DNA of 64,000 bases from an uncultured bacterium (GTDB taxonomy: Bacteria; Omnitrophota; Gorgyraeia; Duberdicusellales; CBEUCJ01). The notes beneath the pieces were generated by a model. The model saw only the letters and a list, made by a program, of their open reading frames with translations, made no database searches and had not been told where the DNA came from. The stretch is taken from assembly GCA_965541615.1 (NCBI GenBank), contig CBEUCJ010000004.1, positions 21,167-85,166 on the forward strand. The letters run 5' to 3'. Positions 61,804 to 64,000 of this stretch are shown piece after piece. Both the position numbers and the translations under genes were made by a program. The stretch's first letter is position 1. Each line of letters begins with the position of its first letter.

Positions 61804-62456
61804 AAGGGATTATAATAGTAAATAAACCTCAAGGGCTTACTTCTTGTAGAGTAGTAGAGATTTTAAGAAAAAAGTTAAAGATAAAAAAGATGGGACATGC
61901 AGGCACTTTAGATCCTATGGCGACAGGTGTTCTTGTAATATTAGTAGGTAAAGCTACAAAGAGATTCCAAGAATTTATAGAATATCCAAAGGAATATTCA
62001 GCTACTTTAAAACTTGGAGAGTCAACCGACACAGGAGACGCTCAAGGCAAAATCATTTCTAAAGGAGATTACAGTAAAGTTTCTTTAGAGATGTTTAAAC
62101 AAGCATTAGAATGTTTTAAGGGAGAAATAGAACAAGTTCCTCCAATGGTGAGTGCTTTAAGATACAAAGGTCAAAGATTATATAAATTAGCGAGAAAAGG
62201 AATAACTGTAGAAAGAAAACCTCGCAAGGTTAAAGTATATGATATAAGGTTAGAGAAATTTTATTTACCATTTGTGGATCTCTACATAAAATGCTCAAAA
62301 GGCACATATATAAGAAAGATAGCTGAAGACTTAGGAAATCTATTAGGTTGTGGAGCTCATATAGTTAAAATTACAAGACTTTCTCAAGGACCATACAGAT
62401 TAGAAGAAGCAAAGTCCTTAGAAGAAATAGATGAAAGTTCTATCATCTCTATCTGA
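61782..62456 (+). CDS. truB: tRNA pseudouridine(55) synthase
   Basis: GHAGTLDP.ATGVL, Q.PP..SA, CSKGTYIR. Confidence 0.95.
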   Translation: MGEKKDIEGIIIVNKPQGLTSCRVVEILRKKLKIKKMGHAGTLDPMATGVLVILVGKATKRFQEFIEYPKEYSATLKLGESTDTGDAQGKIISKGDYSKVSLEMFKQALECFKGEIEQVPPMVSALRYKGQRLYKLARKGITVERKPRKVKVYDIRLEKFYLPFVDLYIKCSKGTYIRKIAEDLGNLLGCGAHIVKITRLSQGPYRLEEAKSLEEIDESSIISI

Positions 62457-63360
62457 AGTTCCTTTAAAGCCTTTATTTTTTACATTAGGTATTTTTGACT
62501 CTTTTCACTTAGGGCACCAAAAGATATTTAAAAGATTGAATTATTTCAAAGAAAAATATAAGTGCAAAAGTTGTGTTATAACTTTTTATCCCCATCCAGA
62601 AAAAATCTTAAAAAAAAGTTTTTTAGGATACGTATTACCTCTTAAAAAAAGATTAAATTTTTTTAAAAAACAAAATGTAGATTATTGTGTAATTATGAAT
62701 TTTAATAAAAGATTAGCTAAAATCTGTGCTGAAGATTTTTTAAAGAGATTGATAAAAAAAAGTTGTATAAAAGGGATAATAGTAGGAGAAGAATTTAAGT
62801 TAGGTAGAGATCAAAGGTATTTAAGAGAGTTTAAAAATTTTTTTGAGAGAAGAGGAATAATTGCAGAATTTGTTAAAGTTTATAAAAAGAAAAAGAAAAA
62901 AATATCGACTAAATTTATAAAAGCTCTAATAAGAAAGGCAGATTTTAAAAATTTAAAACTTTTGTTAGGAAGAGAGTATAGTATTTGTTCTAAAGTTATA
63001 AAAGGAAAAGGTAGAGGTAAAATTTTAGGCTTTCCTACAGCAAATTTGGATACAAAAGATTTAGTTTTACCTAAAGAGGGAGTTTATATTTCTAAAACTC
63101 TAGTTAATAAGAATATTTACTTTTCTTTATTGAGTGTTGGAAGGAGACCTACTTTTGAGAAAAAAGGAAAGTTATGTTGTGAAGTTTACATTTTGAATTT
63201 TAAAGGTAATTTATATGGAAAAGAGTTAGAAGTGTTTCCTTTAAAGTTCTTGAGAAGACAGGAGAAATTTAAAAATCTGTATTTGTTAAAGAAAAGGATA
63301 AATGAAGATGTAAAAATACTTGAAAAGTTTATGAAAAATTATTATATTAAAAAGTTATGA
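62431..63360 (+). CDS. ribF: bifunctional riboflavin kinase/FAD synthetase
   Basis: G.FD..HLGH, GFPTAN, G.RPTF. Confidence 0.92.
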   Translation: MKVLSSLSEVPLKPLFFTLGIFDSFHLGHQKIFKRLNYFKEKYKCKSCVITFYPHPEKILKKSFLGYVLPLKKRLNFFKKQNVDYCVIMNFNKRLAKICAEDFLKRLIKKSCIKGIIVGEEFKLGRDQRYLREFKNFFERRGIIAEFVKVYKKKKKKISTKFIKALIRKADFKNLKLLLGREYSICSKVIKGKGRGKILGFPTANLDTKDLVLPKEGVYISKTLVNKNIYFSLLSVGRRPTFEKKGKLCCEVYILNFKGNLYGKELEVFPLKFLRRQEKFKNLYLLKKRINEDVKILEKFMKNYYIKKL

Positions 63361-64000
63361 GAGTCTTTTTAATAATAATTTGCATTTGTGTTTATTCTAT
63401 AGCATTTTCTGCATCTGTAGAAGATTATCTTTTAGAATTAGGCAAAACTTATTGGAAAAGGGGTGATTTTAAAAATGCAGAGATAGAATTTAAAAAAGTT
63501 TTGCTAATAAACCCTAACAATCTGGAGGCAAAAGAATACTTAAAAAAAATCTATCAAGCAAAAAAAGGTTCTCTTGGAGAAACTAAATTTGAGAGTATAA
63601 AAAAAGAGGAAAAAAGAAAAAAGAAAAGTAAATTTAAATTAAGAGGAGAGTATCAATTAAGTTTTGGAATAAAAGATAAAGAATTCATTTGGAAAAGAGC
63701 TAATTACGATCTTAATGAAAAAAATTGGAGGTTACTCAGTGAAGATGTTTACAATTACAGAGAAAACACTTATGACCCTCAAATACTTTCTTATTTAAGA
63801 TTTAATTTAGATTGCCTTTCACAAGATGGTTTGAGTTTTTATTCAAGTTTTGATATCAGTCCATACAGTTTTATTGGAAAGACAGATGAAATAACTATTA
63901 GAGGTGTAGGAGGAGATTCAGCAAAGATTCAGTTAAAATACTGGGCAAATACTGGTTATACGATTAATGAGACAGTTTACACTTTAGAGAATGGAGATTC
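63357..64000 (+). CDS. secreted TPR-containing protein (3'-partial; not in ORF track)
   Basis: MRVFLIIICICVYSIAFS signal-like; ELGKTYWKRGDFKNAEIEFKKVLLINPNN TPR; ATGA overlap with ribF. Confidence 0.7.
   Translation, partial: MRVFLIIICICVYSIAFSASVEDYLLELGKTYWKRGDFKNAEIEFKKVLLINPNNLEAKEYLKKIYQAKKGSLGETKFESIKKEEKRKKKSKFKLRGEYQLSFGIKDKEFIWKRANYDLNEKNWRLLSEDVYNYRENTYDPQILSYLRFNLDCLSQDGLSFYSSFDISPYSFIGKTDEITIRGVGGDSAKIQLKYWANTGYTINETVYTLENGD

Overview
Very AT-rich bacterial chromosome segment, densely coded, with all genes but one on the + strand. Gene content (LptC/A-LptB, 7TM sensor kinase, secreted CARDB and TPR proteins, pta-ackA) suggests a diderm anaerobe, plausibly Candidatus Omnitrophota; the taxonomy is inference only. 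In order: pstSCAB-phoU; a type II R-M pair whose endonuclease lacks a usable start; a lone minus-strand multi-CARDB secreted protein; a nucleoside phosphorylase plus a class II aldolase-SCP2 fusion; a long housekeeping run (lpt, tig, clpP, serA, pta/ackA, panD, def, trxB, RNA/DNA-processing genes). Next is an accessory block (about 27.3-41.5 kb) bracketed by MNT/HEPN toxin-antitoxin modules, holding a KS/CLF-type type II PKS/FAS cluster with thioester reductase, GMC oxidase, CrtI-like oxidoreductase and an orphan 7TM-GAF histidine kinase. Then a Fur-box-controlled operon (41.5-53.2 kb) of tiny aromatic/Gly/Pro-rich DUF5320-like proteins sharing a C-terminal coiled coil, NifX-like proteins, MinD-4Fe4S ATPases, Mrp and redox genes; then ribE, tRNA-Pro(CGG), ligA, xerD, cca, rbfA-nrnA-truB-ribF. 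Best candidates for undescribed systems are the lipid-synthase plus sensor island and the Fur-regulated small-protein/Fe-S module. Several features missing from the ORF track were read directly from sequence: an MNT pseudogene, a frameshifted HEPN, a frameshifted nitroreductase, a decayed duplicate of the desaturase 5' end, and two Fur boxes.
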